Position numbers and translations under genes: made by a program | Part shown: positions 19,072-28,318 of the stretch, in pieces | Layout of the letters: every line of letters starts with the position of its first letter | Position numbering within the stretch: position 1 is the stretch's first letter | Notes under the pieces: model-generated | Databases searched by the model: none | What the model saw: the letters and a program-made list of their open reading frames with translations, nothing else | What the model was told of the DNA's origin: nothing | Assembly (NCBI GenBank): GCA_015232315.1 | Contig: JADFZZ010000021.1 | Coordinates: 2,006 to 66,005, forward strand | Length of the DNA: 64,000 nt | Direction of reading: 5' to 3' | Source: SAR324 cluster bacterium | Lineage (GTDB): Bacteria > SAR324 > NAC60-12

Positions 19072-19785
19072 TCACTGATTATTAAAGGTGTAACCAAACA
19101 GTTCAATATCAGTCTTAAAATAGTCTTCTACCATTTTTTTTGTTTCAGCATCGTAATACTGCCTGTAGTCTCTGTGTGCGGACTGGTTGATCAACGGCAG
19201 AGTCGCGTTGATCTGAAGTCGCTGGCAAATTTTCTGGAAATCTTGAGTCAGGGATTCATATCGACCTACAAAATCAACAATGATTTTCCCGTCCTGATCA
19301 ATCAGCATATCGTTTTGGAAGGTAGTAGCGCCTTTGGCATAGGGATTTTTAGGCGAGCTGACAATCCACTTGAGATAGTCACCAAAACCGCTCATGGACT
19401 TAACAAGTTCATGGTTGATGTGGTTGGTTTCTTTCATGATAAAATGATACATGGAGACCTGCCAGTCCCAGGGATTTCTGACAAAAGCAAATTTATAAAA
19501 CTGGTTGAAGATCTCCGCGGGCAATTCTTTCTGCGCATCCCCGGCTTTGACGTGAGTCATAAAAGAATCCCACATTTCATAGAAGGGGTTAGGTTTGCCA
19601 TTTATGATTTTCGCGGGGCGCCGGACTTTGAATTTTTCAGGCTCCTGAGCATAATCTTTCAAGGCCTCCTTGATGCTCAGTCCGGCGACTTTGGCGACAT
19701 GAAAAAAAATAAATTTGTGGGTGTAGGATATTAACATAGGGTTTAGGCCGCCGGTTATGTCATAGAGTAGAAGTTTGATCCGCAA
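19072..19785 (-). CDS. Sulfotransferase-family protein.
   Basis: HVAKVAGLSIKEAL resembles the 5'-PSB motif (PKxxGTS class). FAFVRNPWDW resembles the 3'-PB motif (RNPxDR). The start may instead be M17 at 19737. The ORF overlaps the 3' end of the upstream radical SAM gene. Confidence 0.55.
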   Translation of the reverse strand: MRIKLLLYDITGGLNPMLISYTHKFIFFHVAKVAGLSIKEALKDYAQEPEKFKVRRPAKIINGKPNPFYEMWDSFMTHVKAGDAQKELPAEIFNQFYKFAFVRNPWDWQVSMYHFIMKETNHINHELVKSMSGFGDYLKWIVSSPKNPYAKGATTFQNDMLIDQDGKIIVDFVGRYESLTQDFQKICQRLQINATLPLINQSAHRDYRQYYDAETKKMVEDYFKTDIELFGYTFNNQ

Positions 19786-21076
19786 TCGCTATCAACGACT
19801 TGCCAATGCTTTTGCCCACATAATCGCCATGAAGAATGCCTTTAGCCGTCAGTTGGATTTCATCTTTTGAAATGGAAATAAAACCATCTGTTTCCAGTTG
19901 AGTGAGGGCGGACCCACACAAGGATTCCAGTTTAAAACCATATTTTTGAGAGAATTTTTTCAAATCCAGATTGATTAATTTCATTCCCAGCACAACATCC
20001 CGTACCATTTCATCCAAACTGGTCAAATGGTGTCCCCGTTGAATTGGAATTTCTCCGGCTTCCACAATCGAGACATAGGTTTCCAATTCGTTGGTATTTT
20101 GAAACAGCCAATTTCCAAGACGACCAAACGCTGACGCTCCAAAGGGGAAATAATCATCGCCTTTCCAAATACTGGGCGCATGGACATGTTTATAGCGTCC
20201 TTTTTTGGTAAATGTAAAAAAACACCATGGTAAATATTGTGCCTGTTCAAATTGTTCCAGAGCATAACGCATAAACTCCAGTTCCTGCTCATCAGAAGGC
20301 AGTTCCAGTTTTTCGTTACGAACATCCTTGTAATATTGCGTATTGGCATAGAGTTCTGTTTTATAAACGGTGATGCTTTCTATATCCAGACTCAGAGCCT
20401 TTTGGATCGTTTGAGTCCATGTGTCCATGGTTTCGCCCGCCAAACCACTCATCAGGTCAATATTAAGAACAGCATTGGTACTTTTTGCGATATCAATGGC
20501 AGTCAATACTTTTTGGGCGGTATCCTTCCGATTGGATAACTTAATGATATCATCACAGAGGGATTGAACGCCGAGACTGATACGGGTTACTCCGATTTTT
20601 TTCAGGATATCCGCTTTATTCTGCGTTAACGTTACAGGTTCACCTTCAACGGTAAATTCGAAGTTGTTCACGATGTTGAGATTGTTTTGAAGCGTCTCGA
20701 TGATCTGGGTCAATAAATCCCCGTCCATCAGGGTCGGTGTTCCACCACCAAAATAAATCGAGATCACCTGTCTTTCTTTTAAATTAAACTGCTGTGACGC
20801 AAGTTCAATTTCCTTGCAGAGTGCATTGACATATTGTTCCATCTCGGATTTTCGGCCTCCTGTAACCGTCCGATAATAACAATAAGAACATTGCTGGGCA
20901 CAAAAGGGAAGGTGCACATAAATATTGAGTGGCTTGCCTGTCAATATTTTATCCGCCTTCACTTTTTTCCAATGTTGAAAATGGGGATAATTCGTAACAA
21001 AACCTCTTCGAGATGATTCCAAATTAGTGATAAACCCTTTTCTGGCAGTTTGTATCTGTTGTTTTTCTTTGCTCAT
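19760..21076 (-). CDS. Radical SAM enzyme of the HemN-like family (oxygen-independent coproporphyrinogen oxidase-like, or class C radical SAM methyltransferase-like).
   Basis: Motif HLPFCAQQCSYCYY (CxxxCxxC) and a HemN-like C-terminal region. The likely ATG start is at 21076, preceded by AGGAAGG. The track ORF begins at an upstream TTG at 21103. Confidence 0.8.
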   Translation of the reverse strand: MSKEKQQIQTARKGFITNLESSRRGFVTNYPHFQHWKKVKADKILTGKPLNIYVHLPFCAQQCSYCYYRTVTGGRKSEMEQYVNALCKEIELASQQFNLKERQVISIYFGGGTPTLMDGDLLTQIIETLQNNLNIVNNFEFTVEGEPVTLTQNKADILKKIGVTRISLGVQSLCDDIIKLSNRKDTAQKVLTAIDIAKSTNAVLNIDLMSGLAGETMDTWTQTIQKALSLDIESITVYKTELYANTQYYKDVRNEKLELPSDEQELEFMRYALEQFEQAQYLPWCFFTFTKKGRYKHVHAPSIWKGDDYFPFGASAFGRLGNWLFQNTNELETYVSIVEAGEIPIQRGHHLTSLDEMVRDVVLGMKLINLDLKKFSQKYGFKLESLCGSALTQLETDGFISISKDEIQLTAKGILHGDYVGKSIGKSLIAIADQTSTL

Positions 21077-21089
21077 ATTAAGAACCTTC

Positions 21090-21353
21090 CTATTGTTGTA
21101 CAATGGTTTTGGAGGAAATAAAGTCAGCGAGGGTCTTCAAATTTTTGAAGGGTTCCAGGTTCAATTCATTTTCTGAAAACTGAAAATCAAAGTGAGCTTC
21201 GATTAAATTCACAAATTCCATAATCACAACAGAATCCAGTCCAAGTCCTTCTTCAAATAAAGAAACATTCTCATCAATTTCTTCCTGTTTGAGGTTTACA
21301 TCCAAATCATCCGCAATAATCTGTTTCAGTTTGTCAATTATATTTTCAATCAT
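21090..21353 (-). CDS. Stand-alone acyl carrier protein.
   Basis: 87 aa, acidic, with EEGLGLDSVVIMEF (phosphopantetheinylation serine). AAGGA RBS. It lies between a sulfotransferase gene and the radical SAM gene. Confidence 0.8.
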   Translation of the reverse strand: MIENIIDKLKQIIADDLDVNLKQEEIDENVSLFEEGLGLDSVVIMEFVNLIEAHFDFQFSENELNLEPFKNLKTLADFISSKTIVQQ

Positions 21354-21367
21354 ATCTCAATCTTTCC

Positions 21368-22267
21368 TTATGTCAGTTGATATCCGGCTTCGTTGCAAAG
21401 CGCTTCACAAGATTTATTCAGGTGATCTACAATTTCTGAGTCCATTGATGTTTTCCATCCATCAATTTTTCCAGTTCTAAACGTTCGTGATGAAGTGTCA
21501 TAAACTGTTTTCAAACGGTTTTCAACCTCTTTATCAAAGGGAATCCTTAAAAAGGACGCGATTTTTTCTACAGTAATTTTTTGTTGATCAATATCCCCTC
21601 CGCCTTGCTCGCCAACGAGATCCTCAAAACGCATGAATAACGAGTTGGGTTGATTGCGCCAGGCCAACATAGAGCGGTAAACTTCGGCAAAGCTTTTTAT
21701 TTCAACTTTTGCGAGGGGCGCATATCCTCCTTCCAAAATAAAATTCAAGCGTTGCATTGGAGACATTGTCTTAAAATCAGCTTCCAGAAAATGTGACCCC
21801 ATTCCTGTTTTCCATGCGTCTAAAATGAAAGGAAGCAGGGAGGCCACAACAGCACGGGGATCACGTATGATCACCAAATGATGATAAGCCAAATCCGTAA
21901 TCACAGGAGTAATCCCGGGTGTCCAGGGAATATGTCCCTGGATATATCGACCCTTTTGTACGTTATTGAGCCAGAACCGAAAAGTTACCTGATTCACATA
22001 GTAGGGGCTAAAGGCGCCTATCCCGATGTTATCTTCAACCGCATCCGGATCGAATTTCCCTATTTTTAATGATTTATGCGACTCTCTATAATTAAAATAT
22101 CTGGGTGTCCCCAGCCCTGTAGAATCAACCAGCCTTTTTATATAACCACGGTTGGCCGCGTGTTCCGCATACCCGAGAATGTGAATGGCCTTAGTCAACA
22201 GGTGCGTTCCACTTTTGGGTAAAGAATTCACCAATACCCTGCCCTGACTCATTTGTGAAGGAAGCAT
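21368..22267 (-). CDS. Sulfotransferase (PAPS-dependent).
   Basis: 299 aa. Motif LPKSGTHLL (PKSGTT-type 5'-PSB motif). Size and layout are typical of cytosolic or NodH-type sulfotransferases. Confidence 0.7.
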   Translation of the reverse strand: MLPSQMSQGRVLVNSLPKSGTHLLTKAIHILGYAEHAANRGYIKRLVDSTGLGTPRYFNYRESHKSLKIGKFDPDAVEDNIGIGAFSPYYVNQVTFRFWLNNVQKGRYIQGHIPWTPGITPVITDLAYHHLVIIRDPRAVVASLLPFILDAWKTGMGSHFLEADFKTMSPMQRLNFILEGGYAPLAKVEIKSFAEVYRSMLAWRNQPNSLFMRFEDLVGEQGGGDIDQQKITVEKIASFLRIPFDKEVENRLKTVYDTSSRTFRTGKIDGWKTSMDSEIVDHLNKSCEALCNEAGYQLT

Positions 22268-22555
22268 TTGTTTTCTCTCATATGATCGTGTTTGGGATCA
22301 GGGACCTGTTTATCATAAAACCGCAGGTGAGAATTATTTTTCTTCGAGATCCCTTATCAGACAGTCTCAACTGGGTTTAATATTATTATTTCAGAAGGTG
22401 AATCAAGTTCATTCTTCTCTTTTAGAGATTGACATATAACGTCAACATTACATATCCTGCCTGTCCTCGGATAAATCAAAAATATTCAATCGTTACAAGT
22501 TTTTTGAAACAAATGGCTCTAAGAAATGGCCTAAGAATAAGTTGTAAAAGTTTGC

Positions 22556-22660
22556 TCGTGCCCTACGTCCCGTGGGGCACGTTATCCCTCAGGCGAAGCT
22601 CTGCTTCGCCTCCACCGGAGGTGGGGCATGGAACGGTTACGAACGTCCCGTTCGTAACCA
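22556..22660. other. Four consecutive stem-loops in the divergent intergenic region between the sulfotransferase operon and the gene at 22724.
   Basis: Read from the sequence:
- cgtgccc...ggggcacg
- aggcgaagc-tct-gcttcgcct (9-bp perfect stem)
- ccacc-gga-ggtgg
- ggttacgaacg-tccc-cgttcgtaacc (11-bp perfect stem)

The motif acgtcccgt occurs twice. Confidence 0.6.
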
Positions 22661-22723
22661 GAAAGTTTCCTATGTTATTTTTTGATCGTTCCTAAGCCTT
22701 TTGATGTGGGAGAACTTATTGTA

Positions 22724-23209
22724 ATGAACCATACGCGTTTATGGATTGTAATCGGTGTTGTTATGATGATTGCGGTTGCGACTGTACTCAATTATTACAG
22801 GCCGGAAACAGCATCCAGTCCTACAAAAGTCAACATTGACAGGGTTGAAAAAAGAAAAGAAACTCACCAGAGTCCGCCACCGATCACGTATCCCGCCACC
22901 ATTGATCAGGAAAAACTTATCGGACGATGGTTCCGTATAGATGGACGCTATGTTTTAGAGATTAAAAAGGTTCATCCAAATGGCCAGTTAGATGCCGCCT
23001 ATTACAATCCACGCTCAATTCACATCGCGGAATCACGAATTTTCAAGGATTCTTCCAGAGAAAAAATATTCATCAAATTTCAGGATGAAGGCTATCAGGG
23101 ATCGTCCTATACTCTTGATTATGAACCACAACGAAATCTCCTGATAGGGACCTATTATCACGCCACATTAAAACAGAAATTTGAAGTGGTTTTTGCCTTA
23201 AAAAAATAA
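22724..23209 (+). CDS. Hypothetical protein with a single N-terminal membrane anchor.
   Basis: ATG at 22724 (MNHTRLWIVIGVVMMIAVATVL gives one TM helix). There is no recognisable family. The upstream TTG-initiated extension is unlikely. Confidence 0.4.
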   Translation: MNHTRLWIVIGVVMMIAVATVLNYYRPETASSPTKVNIDRVEKRKETHQSPPPITYPATIDQEKLIGRWFRIDGRYVLEIKKVHPNGQLDAAYYNPRSIHIAESRIFKDSSREKIFIKFQDEGYQGSSYTLDYEPQRNLLIGTYYHATLKQKFEVVFALKK

Positions 23210-23232
23210 CGTTCTTGAAGAGAATTCTGATA

Positions 23233-24363
23233 ATGCCTGAATTACGAAGTATTTTAATCAAACCGATGGGGTCCTTTTGTAACATTAAGTGTGATTACTG
23301 TTTTTACCTGGATAAACATTCTCTGTATGCGGGGGCGGCCTCCACACACCGTATGAATGATACTACCCTGGAAACCTTGATCAAAGGGATGTTTGACTGC
23401 ACAGATTCTCCTGTTTTTGTCTGGCAGGGGGGCGAACCAACCGTGCTTGGCCTGGAGTTTTTTAAAAACGTGACAAGAATTCAGAAACATTATGCCCAAA
23501 ACAGACCCTACCAAAACTCTTTGCAAACCAACGGGCTTTTGTTGAATGAAGCTTGGGCACAATTTCTGCGCCAGGAAAATTTTCTGGTTGGTATTTCCCT
23601 GGATGGCCCTCAACATATTCATGATCACTACCGCAAAGATCATAAAAGCAAGGGAACTTTTCAGCCTGTATTTGAAAAGGCGCAGATGCTTCTTAAACAT
23701 GAAGTGCCTGTGAACGTATTGGCAACCGTTACGGATTATTCAGTGAAACACGCAAAGGAAATCTACGATTTTTTTGCTGAAAACGGATTCTTGTTTATGC
23801 AATTCAGTCCAGTTGTTGAGCGTGATCCTCAAAATCCTGAGATTGCCGCATCCTTTTCAGTCACAGCGCAAGATTATGGCTATTTTCTATATGAATTGAT
23901 GACTTGCTGGATCAATGACTTTGATTTTAAAACACTTAAACAAAAAACTTCCATCCGTTTTTTCGACTCAGTGCTTGCCGCCTATATCGGACTGGTTCCT
24001 GATCATTGCGTCATGCACAAAGTTTGTAACGACTATTTAGTGGTGGAGCATAATGGGGATTTGTATTCTTGTGATTTCCTTGTGTCAGAAAATACAAAAC
24101 TGGGGAATTTACATGAGATCTCCTTAAAAGAAGCCTTTCATTCACCAGCTCACATTGCTTTTGGTGCGCAAAAAGCCGTTTATGTGAGGGAATGTCAGCA
24201 ATGTCAATGGTTGCGTTTATGTTATGGAGGTTGTATTAAAGACCGTCGCCATGATCCCAAAGACCAGGGACATAATCATTTTTGCGAATCTTATAAATAT
24301 TTCTTTAAACAAGCTCATAACCATTTCAAAAAGTTTGCTTCCTTGTATCATCAGTATTACTAA
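23233..24363 (+). CDS. Radical SAM/SPASM-domain protein, a candidate anaerobic sulfatase-maturating enzyme (AtsB/anSME-like).
   Basis: CNIKCDYCFY (Cx3Cx2C). C-terminal Cys-rich SPASM region CQQCQWLRLCYGGC. About 377 aa. It lies immediately upstream of a Ser-type sulfatase gene. Confidence 0.7.
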   Translation: MPELRSILIKPMGSFCNIKCDYCFYLDKHSLYAGAASTHRMNDTTLETLIKGMFDCTDSPVFVWQGGEPTVLGLEFFKNVTRIQKHYAQNRPYQNSLQTNGLLLNEAWAQFLRQENFLVGISLDGPQHIHDHYRKDHKSKGTFQPVFEKAQMLLKHEVPVNVLATVTDYSVKHAKEIYDFFAENGFLFMQFSPVVERDPQNPEIAASFSVTAQDYGYFLYELMTCWINDFDFKTLKQKTSIRFFDSVLAAYIGLVPDHCVMHKVCNDYLVVEHNGDLYSCDFLVSENTKLGNLHEISLKEAFHSPAHIAFGAQKAVYVRECQQCQWLRLCYGGCIKDRRHDPKDQGHNHFCESYKYFFKQAHNHFKKFASLYHQYY

Positions 24364-24364
24364 A

Positions 24365-24418
24365 ATCTCGACAGTGGTAAGTTCTCAGCTTTAAGTTCTC
24401 AGCTTTTTTGAACTGATT
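24365..24418. repeat. Short dispersed repeat, copy A (ATCTCGACAGTGGTAAGTTCTCAGC followed by AGTTCTCAGC-T-rich).
   Basis: The 25-nt core is identical to 53208-53232. The next ~25 nt are similar. Located just after the radical SAM gene stop. Confidence 0.45.
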
Positions 24419-24687
24419 GAAATTATTATATTTTTTATATAAGCCCAAAAGTTGCTTCGAAAGTTTGATGTTCATAAAAATTTTAATTTCAATGACTTAC
24501 GAAAAGCTGAAGGCTGATAACTGAAAACTTACAACTCTTGAGCTAAAACGATAGGCAGAATAAACTGGAATCTTTCCATTTTATTCATACATTTGCTTTA
24601 AATTAAACTAATTGGTTTTCTTCTTTAGGGCTTAAACTATCGTTTGACCATAATGGCAAAATCTTGTAATGCCAATATCAGGTAGCC

Positions 24688-24733
24688 ATAAAGTCTGAAA
24701 CCATGAGCAGTCAGGGTGATATTCAGACTTTAT
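24688..24733. promoter_or_regulatory. 12-bp inverted repeat (ATAAAGTCTGAA / TTCAGACTTTAT) separated by about 22 nt, about 45 bp upstream of the sulfatase start.
   Basis: A perfect palindrome read directly from the sequence. It is positioned as an operator or 5'-UTR hairpin. Confidence 0.25.
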
Positions 24734-24778
24734 AACTCAGAATCATACATATCATCAATCATAGAAGAAGGGACGATT

Positions 24779-26593
24779 ATGACAAAAAGCAGGAACATAT
24801 TAAAAATGAGGAAAAAACGTAATAAAATCCTGGCAAAGATGCTGATAGCAACAGTTTTTGCAGCCTCAACCATGATTACCTCATGTGCGGACTCTGAAAA
24901 AACAGAAAAAACAGATAATAGAATGAATATTGTCACTATTGTGGTGGATGACATGGGGTTTTCAGAGTTAGGTCCTTTTGGCGGAGAGGTTCCGACACCG
25001 AATATTGACGCGCTTGCGGAAAAGGGAACAGTGCTCTCTAATTTTTATACAGCGCCAACCTCTGGACCATCGCGTGCAATGTTCTTTACCGGCAAGGATA
25101 ATCATCTGGTGGGTCAGGGAAATCTTGAAGGATATACTGAGCCTCATCCCGGGCAACATGGTCAACCCGGCTATGAAGGATACCTGAGGAAAGAAGCGAT
25201 TACCTTTCCTGAAGTGCTTCAAGGTCAAGGTTATCATACCATGATGGTAGGCAAGTGGGATGAGGGCGAAAAACCGGATCTGGATGCTTCAAAGCGTGGA
25301 TTTACAGAAACAGACGCATTACTGATTTACAGTGGGGATTCCCACTGGGTTTCAAATGCGTATGGAGACAACATAAGCACTTTCCCACCCGGAAAACATG
25401 CGGCGTTGGGACGCACCAACGGTTATAATAAAAACGGGGTACCCTATCCCAAAAATGGATTTCCGCCTAATACTTATGCCACCCAGTGGTATACGGACAA
25501 AGCGATGGAACTGATAGATAACCGGGAACTCACGAAACCTTTTTATCTCAATCTCGCTTATTTTGCTCCACACTTTCCTTTACAGGCACCCGCAGAAACC
25601 ATTGCAAAATATATTGATACCTATTCAAAAGGCTGGGATGTCATTCGTGCCGCTCGTTTTGAAAAGCAGAAAGCCCTTGGAATTCTTGATTCCAATGCCG
25701 AACTCCCACCCAGATGGGAAGCCTCGGACAGTACCAATTTCTACTTCGAACTGGGATTGATCGATGATTATCAACTCAAACCCTGGGATCAACTAACCCC
25801 TGAGCAACAAAAGATTGAGGCGAAGCGCTATGCGATTAATGCGGCAATGCTCGAAATTCTCGATACAGAGATCGGAAGATTGATTCAAAAACTCAAGGAC
25901 ATCGGGGAATATGAGAATACCATGATTATCATGGTGTCCGATAATGGAGCCGGCTATATTACTGCGGGTAACATTACCTACCGAAAAGCGAATTTCACTG
26001 GATTAGAGGACTATGACAATATGGGGAGCGCAACTTCCTATATAGATTATAGCTATGGCTGGACACAGGTTGCCAGTACGCCGTTTAACAAACATAAAGT
26101 AACGACCTATGACGGGGGAATGCATGTTCCCGCAATGATCTTTTCTCCCAAAGCAACGGTGTCAGGCAATATCAACAAATGTATCCTCATGATGCAGGAT
26201 CTAGCCCCTACTATTCTAGAAGCAGCAGGTGTTCTTGATAAGTATCCTGACCACTATATGGGTCAGCCCAATTCTCCTATGCAGGGAAAATCATTGACCG
26301 GAGTTTTTGATGGTTCCTACCAATGTGATGAGAATCGGATATTTGGAATGGAACTAAATGGGGTTAAAGGTTTCCGCAAAGGAGATTGGAAGCTTTCTCA
26401 AGACCTCTTTGAAATGAAAACGGCATTTCATTTGTATAATCTAAAAGATGATCCTTCAGAAGTGAATGATCTTTCCACTTCTACAGATCCAGAAATTATC
26501 GCAAAATTTGAGGAGATGAAAAGCGCCTATTATGAATGGGCTGATGCAAATAATGTTGTAGATATTGAGAATCTACGTCCACCGATAAGGTAG
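24779..26593 (+). CDS. Ser-type sulfatase, a predicted lipoprotein.
   Basis: The sulfatase signature TSGPSRAMFFTG fits S-x-P-x-R-xxxx-T-G. The N-terminal domain is VVDDMGFSELGPFGG. Lipobox ...MITSC. ATG at 24779 with a GAAGG RBS. Confidence 0.85.
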   Translation: MTKSRNILKMRKKRNKILAKMLIATVFAASTMITSCADSEKTEKTDNRMNIVTIVVDDMGFSELGPFGGEVPTPNIDALAEKGTVLSNFYTAPTSGPSRAMFFTGKDNHLVGQGNLEGYTEPHPGQHGQPGYEGYLRKEAITFPEVLQGQGYHTMMVGKWDEGEKPDLDASKRGFTETDALLIYSGDSHWVSNAYGDNISTFPPGKHAALGRTNGYNKNGVPYPKNGFPPNTYATQWYTDKAMELIDNRELTKPFYLNLAYFAPHFPLQAPAETIAKYIDTYSKGWDVIRAARFEKQKALGILDSNAELPPRWEASDSTNFYFELGLIDDYQLKPWDQLTPEQQKIEAKRYAINAAMLEILDTEIGRLIQKLKDIGEYENTMIIMVSDNGAGYITAGNITYRKANFTGLEDYDNMGSATSYIDYSYGWTQVASTPFNKHKVTTYDGGMHVPAMIFSPKATVSGNINKCILMMQDLAPTILEAAGVLDKYPDHYMGQPNSPMQGKSLTGVFDGSYQCDENRIFGMELNGVKGFRKGDWKLSQDLFEMKTAFHLYNLKDDPSEVNDLSTSTDPEIIAKFEEMKSAYYEWADANNVVDIENLRPPIR

Positions 26594-26742
26594 TGACCTG
26601 GGATGGAGGGAATCCATGGTTCAGTACCTTTCAAACTGGATAACCCTCTTCATTTCGTATGCTTCTGGTAAGCGTGTTTGTCAAAAATCCTCAAAGATGC
26701 TTACCAGACCTTCAATGTACTTGTTCCTCGAAGGGATAAATA

Positions 26743-28236
26743 ATGAGAACCTTAACCCTGTTAGGAGTTCTTGTAACGCTGTTGACTGCAAGTTGTTTCC
26801 AGGATAGGCACCTAAAGGAGTTTCTTCAAGTTTGCCAGAGTCAGGATGACACACAGAAAAAGACAATAGAAGCTTTAACAAGTGCCCTTGCCTCAGTAAA
26901 TTCAACGGAATCTTGTGACAAGATTTATACAGAACTCAAAACGCTTACCCAACTGAATCTGCGCAAAAAAAAACTGAGGGATCTAAGTGTTTTGAAAGGA
27001 TTGAAACAACTTAAAGTCCTTGATCTCTCCTACAATCAACTCTCCCATGGGGAGGATCTCCGTGGGTTAGAAGCGCTCGAAGAGCTTGATCTCTCCTACA
27101 ATCAACTCACCGATGTGAATCCGTTAAAAGATTTGACTCATCTCAAAAAACTTTCCCTTTCAGGAAATCAGCTCGTTGATGTAAGCGCCCTTAAAAACAT
27201 GACCCAACTCAGAGAACTTTCCCTTGGGATGAATAAAATCAAGGAGGTGAGTGCCTTAAAAGAATTAACCCATCTCACCCAACTTCGAATCACTTTCAAT
27301 CAACTGACAGAGGTGAGTGATTTGAAAAATTTGAAAAATCTCACAGAACTTTCACTAACAGGGAATGCCCTTCAGGAGATGAGTGCGCTAAAAACATTGG
27401 TAAATCTCAAGAACCTTTACCTTGGGAGCAACACCATCCGTGATGTGAGCGCATTAAAGGATCTGACACAATTAACGACACTGGATCTGTCAAACATGAA
27501 CCTGACCGATGTCACCCCATTGCAAGGATTGACGCAACTCACACTGTTGAATCTTCACAGCAATCAAATCAAGGATATCAGCCCATTACAAGGCCTGACG
27601 CAACTCAGCAAACTGGATCTTCACAAAAATCAAATCAAGGATATCACTTCATTAAAAGAACTTACCCAGATGACGACACTCAATTTACAATTGAATCAGG
27701 TGGCGGATTTGGAACCATTAAAAGGAATGACTCAACTTACTTCGCTGGATCTTGACTTCAATCAACTGAGCGATGTAAGTCCTTTGAAACCGCTGATAAA
27801 GCTGAAAAAACTGTTTTTGAGCCGTAACCAACTGGTCGATGTGAGTCCGTTGAAGGGACTGAAAGACATCACGGATCTCGATCTTGGTAGAAATCAATTG
27901 AAGGATGTGAGTCCCTTGAAGGAATTATCAGAATTGAAAATAGTTATCCTCAGTGGAAACCAGCTCAGCGATGTGAGCGCCTTGCAGGGGTTGAACAAGC
28001 TGACCAGTCTTTATCTCACGCTCAATCAACTGAAGGATGTGAGTCCATTGAAATCATTAACAAACCTCAAGCATCTTGACCTTGATCATAACCAGCTAAG
28101 CGATGTGAGTGGATTGAAAGGCCTGAAAAATCTGGTAAGGCTTCGTCTTGAAAATAACGCGCTTCTCGATTGTTCACCCCAAAATTTAGAGGAGTTAAAA
28201 GGGGAGAAATCCTGTTTACACCCTGCTGGAAAATAA
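26743..28236 (+). CDS. Leucine-rich-repeat lipoprotein (internalin-like, 22-residue LRRs).
   Basis: Lipobox LLTASC. About 19 tandem repeats fit LxxLxxLxLxxNQIxDVSPL. AAGGGA RBS. Confidence 0.8.
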   Translation: MRTLTLLGVLVTLLTASCFQDRHLKEFLQVCQSQDDTQKKTIEALTSALASVNSTESCDKIYTELKTLTQLNLRKKKLRDLSVLKGLKQLKVLDLSYNQLSHGEDLRGLEALEELDLSYNQLTDVNPLKDLTHLKKLSLSGNQLVDVSALKNMTQLRELSLGMNKIKEVSALKELTHLTQLRITFNQLTEVSDLKNLKNLTELSLTGNALQEMSALKTLVNLKNLYLGSNTIRDVSALKDLTQLTTLDLSNMNLTDVTPLQGLTQLTLLNLHSNQIKDISPLQGLTQLSKLDLHKNQIKDITSLKELTQMTTLNLQLNQVADLEPLKGMTQLTSLDLDFNQLSDVSPLKPLIKLKKLFLSRNQLVDVSPLKGLKDITDLDLGRNQLKDVSPLKELSELKIVILSGNQLSDVSALQGLNKLTSLYLTLNQLKDVSPLKSLTNLKHLDLDHNQLSDVSGLKGLKNLVRLRLENNALLDCSPQNLEELKGEKSCLHPAGK

Positions 28237-28318
28237 CGACTTTGACATTGTTACGACTCAGCCCTGAAGAGCCGAAGAAGGGTGGGAAACTTCGTACTCT
28301 TCAAAGTGAAGTCGTTTA

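Noticed and set aside
22429-22695. 88-aa ORF spanning the hairpin cluster.
   Set aside because: The sequence is dominated by palindromes, which produce an open frame by chance. There is no RBS, and it overlaps the real gene start at 22724.
26940-28200. Highly regular ~66-nt DNA periodicity, a possible CRISPR or tandem repeat.
   Set aside because: The periodicity arises from protein-level LRR units in a single long ORF. The repeats are divergent at nucleotide level and have no spacer structure.
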